Below are positions 27,886-38,285 of a stretch of DNA of 64,000 bases, in pieces. Origin of the DNA: an uncultured archaeon (lineage in GTDB: Archaea; Altiarchaeota; Altiarchaeia; IMC4; QMZM01); contig CAZJVE010000003.1 in NCBI GenBank assembly GCA_964549685.1, forward strand, positions 32,344 to 96,343. Reading direction: 5' to 3'. The translations under genes were made by a program, and so were the position numbers. Position 1 is the first letter of the stretch; each line of letters opens with the position of its first letter. The notes under the pieces were generated by a model. It did not search any database. It had not been told where the DNA came from and saw only the letters and a list, made by a program, of their open reading frames with translations.

Positions 27886-28449
27886 TTACTGCAACATTCC
27901 AAACCTCTTGTTTTTTGCAGTCATTTTGAGGAAGTATATCAAGCGCTTCTCAAAAACAGGTGGGCGATTTCTCGCCATTTCTATCCATCCTATTCGAATT
28001 CTTTTGTAGGATTCGGGAAATTTCTGAAAATTCTCCCATGTATTTTTATCTTGTTTCAAAGCCGTCAATATATCGGGCGCGATTTCTAATTCTTCTCGTT
28101 TTGAAGAAGAGTCAAAAGCGTGTTTTATCGCTTTCAGACCGTGGGAGGTCATCCTCTTTTGTTCGATCATTCGGAAAATGCGTTCCTTATTCATCTCGGA
28201 AAGAACACTACCCTTTCTGCGTGGAGTAAATCGCTGTGCGAATCTCTCTTCATCAATCTTTTTTACAGTGCTGTCAATCCATCCGTAGCATAATGCCTCT
28301 TCCACCGCATCATTATACGGAATCCTTGGTTTACCGGTATGTTTTTTATAGTAAACTAACCAAATTTCAGTTTCAGTATCATGATGTTTTTTCAACCAAG
28401 AACGCCATGCCTTTCTGTCAGTTACATAAAGTGTTTTTCCTATTTCCAT
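27886..28449 (-). CDS. YdeI/OmpD-associated family protein
   Basis: WRSWL..H...EIWLVYYKK, EEALCYGWIDS, RFTPRR. Confidence 0.88.
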   Translation of the reverse strand: MEIGKTLYVTDRKAWRSWLKKHHDTETEIWLVYYKKHTGKPRIPYNDAVEEALCYGWIDSTVKKIDEERFAQRFTPRRKGSVLSEMNKERIFRMIEQKRMTSHGLKAIKHAFDSSSKREELEIAPDILTALKQDKNTWENFQKFPESYKRIRIGWIEMARNRPPVFEKRLIYFLKMTAKNKRFGMLQ

Positions 28450-28451
28450 GT

Positions 28452-29516
28452 CTAGTTCATCTTAAACCTGAGAACCGCCCCGATTCCGCCCAACGAATGC
28501 AGCTGCTTTCCGGCCTCCTCCTCGTGGTTCATTAGATGGAATTTTCCGCTGGTTGACTCTACCGCCTTCATCATCGGCTCTATCCTCCCTCTTTCCTCAA
28601 GGAACAGGTTGTCGCATATCAGAAGGACATCAACAGCGCCAATATTCGCGGCCCGCTCCACCTCGTCCAGGCCGTAAACAGCAAGGCCTGTTTCCCTGCC
28701 TATCTCGGCAAGGAGCTTGCTAAGGAGCCTTATATCCCTGGCGGAGCTTATGTCACTGCTTATCTTATTTACTGCGTCCCTCTTCATGACCTCTGCTATT
28801 CCATTGGCCCCATGGGAACCGATGTGTTCCAGCACAAGCCTGTCCTTCAGCTCGGGGTGCTTCTCCTGCATGAACCGGAAGAAATTCTCAGGCTCGAACC
28901 CCGCCCCCGCCACGATTATGGTAGATATCTTCTCCCTTTTTTCCGTGTCAAGAATGAATTGCGAGCTATGGTGGTAGAATTCCTCCTTTCTCTTTTCCCT
29001 CCCCTTGGTTTCGTACTTGCCACCTATTATGTCGGAGAGGGAGTAGTGCTCAATCTTTGATTCCCTTACAAGGCCGAAATTCGCATCGCCCTCGTCGATT
29101 ATCGCGATGAGGAGCTTTGGTCTGACGGATGCCTTTTCTGCAGTCCTTAACCTGTCAAGGTCAAGCTTGGACCAGCCCTCCTTCTGTATCTTAATTGTCG
29201 TTCCCTCAACGACGTTGAACGTGTGATGCGAGCCCATTGGGATAAGGTCTTCGGGGCCTTCCTCGATAACCCCTGTAATCCTCAACGTGTCAGAGATGGA
29301 GCTGAATTCCACCTTCTCCAGCCTGATTCCCATGGTTACCTTGACCCTGCTGCTCTTCTCCCGCGCCATGTCGTCCTTTGCCTTTATCCGCCTGTCTGTC
29401 TTTGTTTTAACGAGGTCTCCGGCAGCGAGAACGCTGCTCAGATACCAGAGGTCGTCCAGGTTCTCTACCTTGAGCTTTACCATGCCGGTCTTCCTGTCAG
29501 TGTAGAAGATTTTCAT
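28452..29516 (-). CDS. pelA: Pelota (Dom34) ribosome-rescue factor
   Basis: ENLDDLWYL, GSHHT, AGAGF, VYG, GKQLHSLGGIGAVLRF. Confidence 0.93.
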   Translation of the reverse strand: MKIFYTDRKTGMVKLKVENLDDLWYLSSVLAAGDLVKTKTDRRIKAKDDMAREKSSRVKVTMGIRLEKVEFSSISDTLRITGVIEEGPEDLIPMGSHHTFNVVEGTTIKIQKEGWSKLDLDRLRTAEKASVRPKLLIAIIDEGDANFGLVRESKIEHYSLSDIIGGKYETKGREKRKEEFYHHSSQFILDTEKREKISTIIVAGAGFEPENFFRFMQEKHPELKDRLVLEHIGSHGANGIAEVMKRDAVNKISSDISSARDIRLLSKLLAEIGRETGLAVYGLDEVERAANIGAVDVLLICDNLFLEERGRIEPMMKAVESTSGKFHLMNHEEEAGKQLHSLGGIGAVLRFKMN

Positions 29517-29561
29517 GCTATTAGTTATTGATATATCTGTCTGCCTTCAAATAAGGTTACG

Positions 29562-29834
29562 ATGAAACGTTTGAAAAGAGTCAGAAAATCCGCAATTACA
29601 AGGGAGGAGCTCATTGCCGATGCAATATTCCTGTTTATCTCCGCATTCATTTCGTTCGGCATAGTTTTCCTGTTCGACATACACCGCAGTTTTTATAAGT
29701 GGCCCATCTTTCCGCTGAGGTTTATATTCAAGACATATCAACCCTACGTCCTCTTTACGTTCATCGGTACGGTTCTCGTGTTCTTTATAATCAAGCTGTT
29801 TATCTTTGGTATAAGGGAGGAAGAGGGCGAATAA
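29562..29834 (+). CDS. Small membrane protein
   Basis: Two hydrophobic helices; clean ORF with an acidic tail. Confidence 0.6.
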   Translation: MKRLKRVRKSAITREELIADAIFLFISAFISFGIVFLFDIHRSFYKWPIFPLRFIFKTYQPYVLFTFIGTVLVFFIIKLFIFGIREEEGE

Positions 29835-29835
29835 G

Positions 29836-29845
29836 TGCTCCCGTC
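29836..29845. repeat. 10-bp direct copy of the tRNA-Glu 3' end (candidate att site)
   Basis: TGCTCCCGTC, identical to 32663-32672, intergenic and in the same orientation. Confidence 0.5.
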
Positions 29846-29935
29846 AGAAACGCCTGGAATACTATATCCTCCAGGATAGTGAGTTTCTTTTCAGATACTA
29901 TCGTGTTTTTAACGATGGCCTGCGTAATCTTACGT

Positions 29936-30790
29936 ATGGACAAATTGTTCGTATTCTTTTTGGCCATTGTATTGGTTGTTGCAGCATACGCCATGTATGC
30001 AGGCATTAGCGATGTTGCTGAGACCACGTATGAGACCACGTCAACCATTCCTTCTCCCCCAGACGCATCTGAGGCAGTATCTTCCACGACCACTACGACA
30101 ACGTCGAGTACCACTAGCACCGTGCCCAGATACGTGGAGGTTGATGTATTTTATGTTGAGGACTGCAAAAACACTATTTTAGGGAGAATGAATAACATCC
30201 TGGTTAATGTTTCAGGCAATAATGTAAATGGTACATGGGGAACTGAACCCAAGCCCAGGTTTTATTTCTCATGCAATGGTGGTGAATTAACAGAATTTGA
30301 CAAGGTCCTGGTCAGGGGGGGATCAAGCATCAAGCCGGAAAGTTCTGTCGAGGGGCTCTACAGGCTTTCAGAAAAATGCGGCCTGACTAAGAAGTTGAAG
30401 GATTTTGACAGCTGCTCTGATTTGCAGGTCTTTATAGATTTGGCGTACTTTGACGTCTCTTCAATTAACTCTTCCAAAGTGACGCAAACATCGTGGGGCA
30501 TTCCCACAACCACAACAACTACAATCCTGTCAGACAATCCATATCTTGATAAATTCCGGGGTATGGGCTATCGTAGGCTTGACGTGCATGTTGCCTGGAT
30601 ATGCCCAACGTGCGTTCCGACAGTCAATAAACTGGTCAGGGAGCAGGAGGGCGTCAAGTCCAGGAGTCTATCCTACGGGCAAGAGGCCAGCTACGTCATA
30701 TATGACCCCACCCTAGTATCCCAGGAACAGATTCTGAGGTTGATTAACGCAGGGGCCACGGCCACCGTCCTCAACGATACCGAGATGTAG
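29936..30790 (+). CDS. Membrane-anchored protein with Thr-rich linkers and a C-terminal heavy-metal-associated (HMA/MerP-like) domain
   Basis: Start reassigned to MDKLFVFF; TM helix; TTTT linkers; WICPTC...GV...VIYDP...QEQI. Confidence 0.72.
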   Translation: MDKLFVFFLAIVLVVAAYAMYAGISDVAETTYETTSTIPSPPDASEAVSSTTTTTTSSTTSTVPRYVEVDVFYVEDCKNTILGRMNNILVNVSGNNVNGTWGTEPKPRFYFSCNGGELTEFDKVLVRGGSSIKPESSVEGLYRLSEKCGLTKKLKDFDSCSDLQVFIDLAYFDVSSINSSKVTQTSWGIPTTTTTTILSDNPYLDKFRGMGYRRLDVHVAWICPTCVPTVNKLVREQEGVKSRSLSYGQEASYVIYDPTLVSQEQILRLINAGATATVLNDTEM

Positions 30791-30791
30791 T

Positions 30792-31139
30792 ATGAAATTC
30801 AGGGACTTGTTTGCTGGCATTAAAGCGAGCATTATCGCCTCGAGCTGCTGCAGCCTTCCGCTCGCGCTCGCGTTCCTCTTCATGGCAACGGGCGTTGGAA
30901 ATGTCGTGCTCGCTCTCCATATAGCAAAATATAAGGATTATTTCATCGGGCTGGGGACGGCATTCCTGTTCGCTTCCCTTTACGTGCTGATAAAAGAGAA
31001 GTCGGGCGGCACGTGCAATGTTTGCGACATGAAGAAAAACTGGAAGATTATCCTGATTAACATACTGACGTATGCCGTATTAACGGCAGCAATAGTCTAC
31101 GGCGTCCTTCCCATTCTGGCTGAGGAGCTATTCAGATAA
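30792..31139 (+). CDS. MerT-like metal transport membrane protein
   Basis: ASSCCSLPLAL in the first helix, three TM segments, cytoplasmic CNVC. Confidence 0.7.
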   Translation: MKFRDLFAGIKASIIASSCCSLPLALAFLFMATGVGNVVLALHIAKYKDYFIGLGTAFLFASLYVLIKEKSGGTCNVCDMKKNWKIILINILTYAVLTAAIVYGVLPILAEELFR

Positions 31140-31976
31140 CTCGCCTTTTACCCCAACAACGACCTGTTTAAAGAGTATATTCTTACCAGATGCATCAAGT
31201 GCATCCTTTGCGATTTTATACAGGCCAAAACAGCAAGGGACTTCCATATTTGCAACGGTTAAACTCTTTATCTCGTTGTTCTTCAGTATATGGGTAATCT
31301 TCTCCCTGTACAGTTCAGCATCGTCCAGTTTAGGACATCCTATCAGCAAACTCTTTCCCTTTAATAGTTCATCATGAAAATTGGCGTGGGCGAATGGAAC
31401 GCAATCTGCTGCTATTAACAAATCTGCCCCGTTCAGATAGGGGGCATTTGGTGGAACGAGCATTAGCTGTACTGGCCATTGCCTCAGCTGAGATGCGGCT
31501 TTGGTAACGGGTTTGTCATCTCCAGCAGGCCCCTCATCCTTTTCCCTGAAATCCATCACCTTTGAGCCAGGGCATCCACAGAGCAGGTCTGTATGTTCAT
31601 GGCCTTGCGAGGGTTCTTCATCCAGCGGGACTTCAATGCTCTTTTCCTTCAGGAAGTCTATCGCCTGACCGAGATACTCGTCCTGATTGTGGTCCTTAAG
31701 GTGCTCCAAGTGAGCCTTTATAACGTTGTTGCCCTGCTTTACGATATTTTCCATGACCCTTCTTTCGTCATATACCTCAGCCTCCCTTTCTTCAATATCA
31801 ATAGCGCCTTCCGGACAGTGGCCAATGCAGGCACCCAGGCCATCACAGAACAAATCGCTTACAAGCCTCGCTTTACCGTCTATTATCTGTAGTGCACCCT
31901 CAGGACAGTTAGGAATACATTGCCCGCAGCCGGTACATTTTTCCTCGTCGATTTTTATGATATTTCTTTTTACCAT
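31128..31976 (-). CDS. 4Fe-4S ferredoxin-domain oxidoreductase
   Basis: CTGCGQCIPNCP, CDGLGACIGHCP, GCPGS, QWPVQL, ADC, GCPKLD, MEVPCC. Confidence 0.85.
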   Translation of the reverse strand: MVKRNIIKIDEEKCTGCGQCIPNCPEGALQIIDGKARLVSDLFCDGLGACIGHCPEGAIDIEEREAEVYDERRVMENIVKQGNNVIKAHLEHLKDHNQDEYLGQAIDFLKEKSIEVPLDEEPSQGHEHTDLLCGCPGSKVMDFREKDEGPAGDDKPVTKAASQLRQWPVQLMLVPPNAPYLNGADLLIAADCVPFAHANFHDELLKGKSLLIGCPKLDDAELYREKITHILKNNEIKSLTVANMEVPCCFGLYKIAKDALDASGKNILFKQVVVGVKGELSE

Positions 31977-31977
31977 T

Positions 31978-32451
31978 TTAGTCCTCCTCTCTCTTTAACC
32001 ATTCCTTTGCCAATGTCTTTGAATGTTCGTTATACATGGAATTCATGATGGAATTCCAATCGGTATTTCTTGAATCATAGTAATAGAACTCTTCCTTGGA
32101 AAATTTTGCGAGTTGGTCAGCATCATATAGGATTTTAAATGCTTCGGACGGATTTTCCAGCCTTTCATGATGCGTCCTTATCATTTCGCAGACCTCCTCA
32201 ATGATTTGAGCCGGATAACCGGCCTGTTTCAGTAGTTTTGCAGCTATCTCAGGGCCCATTTCGTACTGTTCCTTTATGGAACTTCCGCCAATATCGTGCA
32301 GTATAACCAGGGCACGTGCCTTTTCCTCAATATTATCGGGGATCCTAAAATACTCTTTTGCTATGTCAAATACTCTTTGGGTGTGGGCTACTCCAAAGTC
32401 ATTCCTCTCGAGATATGGCTTCGCCAGCTCAAACAATTTTTCATGTTTCAT
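31978..32451 (-). CDS. HD-domain protein
   Basis: HTQRV...LHDIG...HH...DAD; start reassigned to MKHEKLF. Confidence 0.82.
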   Translation of the reverse strand: MKHEKLFELAKPYLERNDFGVAHTQRVFDIAKEYFRIPDNIEEKARALVILHDIGGSSIKEQYEMGPEIAAKLLKQAGYPAQIIEEVCEMIRTHHERLENPSEAFKILYDADQLAKFSKEEFYYYDSRNTDWNSIMNSMYNEHSKTLAKEWLKREED

Positions 32452-32455
32452 CGTC

Positions 32456-32557
32456 TTATTCGCACTTCTCAAATGTCCCGCCACAGCCACAGGTTTTCCT
32501 TGGCTTACAGCGGCTTTCCCTTTCAAGTCCACATTTTTCACACATATATTTTGCCAT
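32456..32557 (-). CDS. 33-aa RCKP-type rubredoxin-like microprotein, not in the ORF track
   Basis: Manual translation MAKYMCEKCGLERESRCKPRKTCGCGGTFEKCE*; ends 4 nt before the HD gene start. Confidence 0.75.
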   Translation of the reverse strand: MAKYMCEKCGLERESRCKPRKTCGCGGTFEKCE

Positions 32558-32564
32558 TTTGCTT

Positions 32565-32585
32565 TAACTATACTTTGTATAGTTA
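32565..32585. promoter_or_regulatory. Perfect 9-3-9 palindromic operator
   Basis: TAACTATAC-TTT-GTATAGTTA, 7 nt upstream of the microprotein ATG. Confidence 0.65.
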
Positions 32586-32662
32586 GTATATTGCATGCAG
32601 ACATAAAAAGCATGCAGGTATCTAACTGGATAGGGGTTGCAAAGGAGAAAAGATTAGGTTTT

Positions 32663-32737
32663 TGCTCCCGTCGGGATTCGAACCCGAGTCACCGGCTCGA
32701 AAGGCCGGAATGATTGGCCGGACTACACTACGGGAGC
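32663..32737 (-). tRNA. tRNA-Glu(TTC)
   Basis: GCTCCCG...CCGGC-CTTTCGA-GCCGG...TCGGG-TTCGAAT-CCCGA-CGGGAGC-A. Confidence 0.95.
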
Positions 32738-32785
32738 GTTGTATAGAAGAATATATTCAGAGTTAATCAAGAAAAATAGAAGAAT

Positions 32786-33094
32786 TTACTTGGTCAGCTC
32801 AATCTCGATATGCACCCTGTCAGGCACCTGGACACGCATTATCTGCCTCAGCGAGCGCTCATCTGCATCGACGTCAATAACCCGCTTATGGATGCGCATC
32901 TCCCACCTCTCCCACGTCTCGGTTCCCTCGCCATCGGGGGACTTCCTCGTGGTTATCTGCATTTTCTTGGTGGGCAAGGGAATAGGACCAGAGTACTTGG
33001 TACCTATCCTCTTTGTTATGTCGACTATCTGAGTGCAGACTTCGCCAAGCTTTTTTGGGTCGTGGCCGATGATGATTATTCTCGCTTTCTCCAA
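32786..33094 (-). CDS. rps10: 30S ribosomal protein uS10
   Basis: GPIPLPTK...RKSPDGEG...WEMRIHKR. Confidence 0.95.
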   Translation of the reverse strand: MEKARIIIIGHDPKKLGEVCTQIVDITKRIGTKYSGPIPLPTKKMQITTRKSPDGEGTETWERWEMRIHKRVIDVDADERSLRQIMRVQVPDRVHIEIELTK

Positions 33095-33095
33095 T

Positions 33096-34367
33096 TTAGA
33101 TCTGTTTCTTCTTGACTTCCATCACCATGCCGGCTGCGACTGTCGAACCCATGTCCCTTATCGCGAACCTGCCCAACTGCGGGAATTCCTTGGCTGATTC
33201 TATAACGAGCAGCTTGGTCGGCTTCAGCTTTACGACTGCAACATCGCCAGTCTGTAAGAACTCGGGCTTCTCCTGAAGAACCCCACCAGTTTTGGGGTCT
33301 ATCTTCTTCACAAGCTCAGTAAAGGTGCATGCAACCTGGGCCGTATGCACGTGGAAAACGGGTGTGTATCCAACGGTAATTGCTGAGGGGTGCTGCAGAA
33401 CGACAATCTGTGCGGTAAATTCCTCAGCCACCGTGGGTGGATTGTCAACCGGCCCAACAACATCGCCTCTCTTGGCATCTTTCTTCCCGATGCCTCTTAC
33501 GTTGAAACCAACGTTGTCTCCCGGCTCTGCCTGTGGAAGCTCTTCATGGTGCATTTCCACGGTTTTTACCTCTCCTTGAGCTCCAGAAGGCATGAATACT
33601 ATCTTCATCCCAGGCTTCAATACGCCTGTTTCGACTCTCCCCACAGGAACAGAGCCTACTCCAGTTATAGTATAGAGGTCCTGAACCGGCAATCTCAGTG
33701 GCTTGTCAACCGGCTTCTCCGGTGCTGTTAAAGTGTTTAAAGCCTCAAGAAGGGTCGGGCCCTTGTACCAGGACATGTTCTCGCTCTTCTTGGTTAGGTT
33801 ATCCCCGCCATACGCCGACGTGGGTATGATAGGTATCTGGTCGACCTTGTAGCCGATGCTTGTAAGTAGCTTGCTTAATTCATCTTTTACCTTGTTGTAC
33901 TGGGCCTCGTCGTATTTGACTGCATCCATCTTGTTCATGGACACAATCAGCTGCTGGACTCCAAGTGTTTTTGATAGAAAAGCGTGCTCCTTGGTCTGGG
34001 GCTGAATCCCGTCCTTTACCGAGCAGACAAGAACTGCAGCATCTGCCTGGCTTGTTCCGGTAATCATGTTTTTGACGAAGTCTCTGTGTCCGGGAGCGTC
34101 AATGATGGTGAAAAAATTCTTGTCGGTCTGGAACTTCTTGTGAGCTATGTCTATTGTTAAACCTCTCTCCCTCTCGTCCTTGAGAGAGTCCATGACCCAT
34201 GCAAACTCGAATGTGCCTTTCCCTAGCTTCTCTGCTTCGTCCTTGTACTTCTTCATAGTCTGCTCTGTTACCTCTCCAAGCTCATAGAGCATCCTACCCA
34301 CGGTTGTTGACTTACCGTGGTCTACGTGTCCTATAAACACCAGGTTTATGTGTGGTTTATCTGCCAT
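33096..34367 (-). CDS. tuf: Elongation factor 1-alpha
   Basis: [36 protein letters not shown]. Confidence 0.98.
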   Translation of the reverse strand: MADKPHINLVFIGHVDHGKSTTVGRMLYELGEVTEQTMKKYKDEAEKLGKGTFEFAWVMDSLKDERERGLTIDIAHKKFQTDKNFFTIIDAPGHRDFVKNMITGTSQADAAVLVCSVKDGIQPQTKEHAFLSKTLGVQQLIVSMNKMDAVKYDEAQYNKVKDELSKLLTSIGYKVDQIPIIPTSAYGGDNLTKKSENMSWYKGPTLLEALNTLTAPEKPVDKPLRLPVQDLYTITGVGSVPVGRVETGVLKPGMKIVFMPSGAQGEVKTVEMHHEELPQAEPGDNVGFNVRGIGKKDAKRGDVVGPVDNPPTVAEEFTAQIVVLQHPSAITVGYTPVFHVHTAQVACTFTELVKKIDPKTGGVLQEKPEFLQTGDVAVVKLKPTKLLVIESAKEFPQLGRFAIRDMGSTVAAGMVMEVKKKQI

Positions 34368-34498
34368 TTTGAATCTACCTCAATTTTACGTATAACGTAT
34401 TCTACTGTAAAAAAGATGTTTAATACTATTCGAATTAACCTTTAAAAAAGGCCTGCTGCCCCCATCTACTCTTCTACTGGAGCTGGCTGGATTTAAAA

Positions 34499-37400
34499 TC
34501 AGCCGGAACTTGCCCAGTTATTTATGGCCTCGATTACGTCTGCAAGAGTGAGCTCATCATCGTACCACATGCTTATGGCGTCTATCACCTCGGACAGGGT
34601 AACTTCACCATCCCCGTCAAAGTCTCCTGTAAGAGCACTCTCTGAGACGTCAATGGTTGTATCTCCCGCTATCGCCTGATCATCCACATCACCATATTCA
34701 AGCGTTCCGGAGAAGGTGTGGGTTCCGTTTGCACTTCCAAGTACCTGCACTGTGTAGGTTATGGTGGTATTCTCAACCGGATTGCCCAGGGCCCAGAACA
34801 GCCATTCTATCTTGTCTTCGCTCGGAGTATACTTTGCAGTTGGCGAAGTAGCGGTTACATTCCATCCAGAGGGCACGTTTTCGGTCACTCCCAGGGCCTC
34901 TGGAGGCATGCCACCAACAACAAGGTTTAGAGATACGGTAAATGTTCCACCAGGTGATGCCGTTGATGGGAGAGTTCTCGTAACCGTTATCTGTTCAATA
35001 GCGGTCGTATAGTTCACATAAAACCCGCCCATCAGGACATCGTACTGCGAGTCCGGATTTGTAACCTTGACGTTCTTGTACCCTCCTGAGAGCCCTGCCG
35101 GGACCGTTCCCGTGATGGAGGTTGAGTTTACAACCACAACGTTGTTAACGGCGGATCCCCCTACCAGAACCGTAGCCCCGCTCTCAAAGTTGGTGCCGGT
35201 TATTGTCACCGCCGTTGGCTGGTCGTTTGTTCCAGAGGTTGGGCTGATGCTTGTTACGGATGGCGGGTAGGTTGTCGTTACTGTGAATGCGTTTGAGCTT
35301 GTTGCCTGCTCGGCATTCGGGTTTATCACGGTGATGTCGTAGGTTCCGTCAGCGAGTGAAGGCACCGATACCTGTATTAGCGAGGAGCTGACAACGGAGA
35401 CTGTAGTTGCATAGGTAGTTCCAAACATTACGCTCGCTCCGTTCATAAAGTTGGTTCCGGCTATTACAACCTCCGCACCTGTAGCCCCTGTGCTTGGCGC
35501 CACCGCCTCAATTGTGGGCGTAATTGCAGCCCCTGTCGTACCTACCATCACGTCATCTATAATCCATCCCCTGAAGCCGTTGTACAGGTTGTCTATAGTG
35601 TTGAAGGTAAACTTGATTACAGTCTGGCTGGATGCATAGTCGCTTATGTCAAAGTACTGCGAGATCCAGACTCCGGGCAGCCCAAGGCCGCCGGAGCTGT
35701 ATGACTTGAATGTTTCTCCATCGACGTCGTTTATCGGGTTTATCGCCCCCAGTTGTGTGTATGTAACTCCTCCGTCCGTGGAGATGTAGACGTACATCAT
35801 GTCATAGCGGTCAACATCAAAACCCTCTATCTCGTACCAAGACATGAAGGTCAGGCTTGAGTTGGCTACTCCTGTAAGGTCTATCGTTGGGGATATGAGG
35901 TCGCCTGTATTCGCGGCATATGAAGTGCCGCCGCCCTTCGGGTTCTGGCAGTCGCCGTTGTAGTAGTAGTATGTAATATTATCGCATATGTTGGTGTAAT
36001 AGTCAGACCCTATGAAGGTTCCTGTTGAGTTCTCTCCATACCACCAGACCGTGGAGCCGCTGTATGCGCTCGGTAGATAGCCGTTGTCAGGCAATGAAAC
36101 CAGTTCCGGGTTGATGCCGGAGATTATGCTGACCAGCTCAGGGTTTGTCTCCTGGTGCCAGAAGCCCGTTGAGGTCCATCCGTTCGTTCCGCTTTCCATG
36201 TTGTCAAAAAACGATGTGTTTACGACCGCGCTTGAGCCGGTAACAGAGACGTTGTAGGCAGTGTCTGAAGTAACACTTGTATATCCTCCGTAGGGTGCTA
36301 TCTTCACATAATACGTTCCTGAGGATGTCGCAGTCCATTCTATCTTGGATTCCAGTCCGAGATAGTCGTCGTTCTCGCTCAGCAGCGATACGCAGTCCGT
36401 GTCGTATAGATAAAGGTAGGTGTCCGCGTTCGCAAACAGCTCGGACGTCTCTATCGTGTACACACCACCAGAAACGGCAGTGAATTTCACCCAGTCCTGG
36501 TCGTTGTATGGAACAAAGTTATGCGTCTGCTTGGTTCCATCAGTTGAGATTGTGGTTGCATCTGAGCAGGTGTCATCGGGCTCATAAGCGTCTGCTTCAG
36601 CTAAGATTGTGGTCGTTGATGTTGTCGTAGTAGTAGTCGTGTCATTGCACTCGTTGCAGGGAGACACCTCGGTCAGGACGTATCTCATGACAAGCGGGTC
36701 GGTGCAGGTGGGATACATGAGTGTTGTCGAGTATATCTCGCCGGTGTAGCAGTGCCCTGCAACCGGAGTAATGCCCATGCCGGAATTCATCACGTCGTCC
36801 AGCCAGACCCATGCCTGCTCACCGCAGTCGTCGCCGCTTCTTAGCTCTATGAGGTATTCTGTGGCGTTTCCTGCTCCCTCGCCGCAGCCGGCCTGGGTGC
36901 AGCCCTCGGAAACGACGTAGAACTCGATGCTTCCTGTCGTCCAGCCGGGGTCAGAGTGCGGGGTGTTGCATGTTCCAGAGACGGTGGTTGTGGTGGTAGG
37001 TACGGTCGTGGTTGTTGTTACGTTGATTGTGGTTGTGGTTGTTACGTTGATTGTGCTGGTTGTTGTAGTAGTAACGCAGCATGCCTCGGGCACGTTTACC
37101 GTCACATTAACGGTGTTAGAATCCACGTTTGATGAGGTTACAGTCACAGTGATGGTCATATTGCCGCAGACCCCGCCGTAGGGCTCCACGCTCCATGACG
37201 ATTGGTTGCTGCTGCCGTTGGCAATATTCCCCATGTCCTTCTGTGATGTTTCTCCGGCTGAGAGCATAAGGCCTGCGGGCAGCGAAATTGTCGCTGCAAC
37301 GTCGTTTGCTGTAGAGCCACCTACATTGCTGACATAGGCAACGACCGTGAAATTGCTGCAGTTACTTACAGTAGACGTTGCCGTAAGGCCGGCTGTCAGA

Positions 37401-38259
37401 TTACCTGAAGCAATCGTAACCTTTCCAAGCCCGTAGTAGGTCGTGTAGGTTCTGGATTGGCCTGCTGCGAGTGTCGTTGGATTCCAGTAGATAGCTACCG
37501 CGCTGTCCCCTGTTGCTTGCCCGGGGGTTACAGTGTAATTCCAATAGTAATCGTATATCTCATCCCACGAGGCAATAGTAAACTTATCGGGAGTTGTGGC
37601 GCCCCCTGTGGTGAGGGTTCCCTGGGCAATCAGGGTTGGGTTGGTTAAGGTATCAAAGCCCTGCCAGTATTCGGGTATGTTCGCCCCGGTGAATTCCATC
37701 TCAGTCGTTACAGCACCGGTTCCGGGAACGTTGAATGGGACGGCGTCATTGGAAGCAATCATCGTATCCAGCATCACTCTGGCGCCCACGTCCTGAGAAA
37801 CTGAGCCATTGTTCGTTACGGTATATTTAATCTCCACGGTATCTGCCTTCCAGTCGTTGAGCTTGTGACTATGGTAAGGGTCTGGGTTATGACTATGTCG
37901 GCTATAGTTTCTGTGAGAGTTATGGCATTCGTTGATGTCGTTGGAGCCGTAACCGCAATCGTGCCGGTACCATAGAGATAATTACTTCCATTTATCCTTA
38001 GTGAAGTGAAGGAACTCCATGGACTAGGGTGTCCAAACATCAATATCTGGTTATCGTCATTCGCATTGGCCGGGTCGCCTTGTTTGGTTCCCACGGTAAA
38101 TTTGGTGTTATCGGCGACGGCAATTTCTACATAAGTGTTATTGACCGTCACAATAGTAGCCGGCTCTATTCCGGCTTTCTCAACAGCAGTAACATTCAAA
38201 GATGCAAAAACAAGCAAAACAAAAAGGCACGTCCAGAGTTTGAGGGTGCTGAATTCCAT
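34499..38259 (-). pseudogene. Large secreted modular surface protein split by a 1-nt frameshift near 37847 (beta-domains, PPC, jelly-roll, 2x IPT/TIG, cohesin-like, dockerin-like)
   Basis: ORF 37816-38259 carries the signal peptide and ORF 34499-37837 continues the domain; one added base gives ...STTGRADTVEIKYTVTN; may be an assembly error rather than a true pseudogene. Confidence 0.72.
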
Positions 38260-38285
38260 TGTGATTATATATTGCACAATGGAAT
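38253..38285. promoter_or_regulatory. 11-bp perfect inverted repeat covering the start codon
   Basis: ATTCCATTGTG-N11-CACAATGGAAT; the ATG (38259-38257) lies inside one arm. Confidence 0.6.

Noticed and set aside
29861-29916. Imperfect inverted repeats upstream of the HMA gene
   Set aside because: The arms are only about 5 bp or bulged, too weak to call an operator.
37840-37860. Programmed -1 frameshift or phase-variable tract
   Set aside because: No X XXY YYZ heptamer or homopolymer at the junction; kept only as an indel finding.
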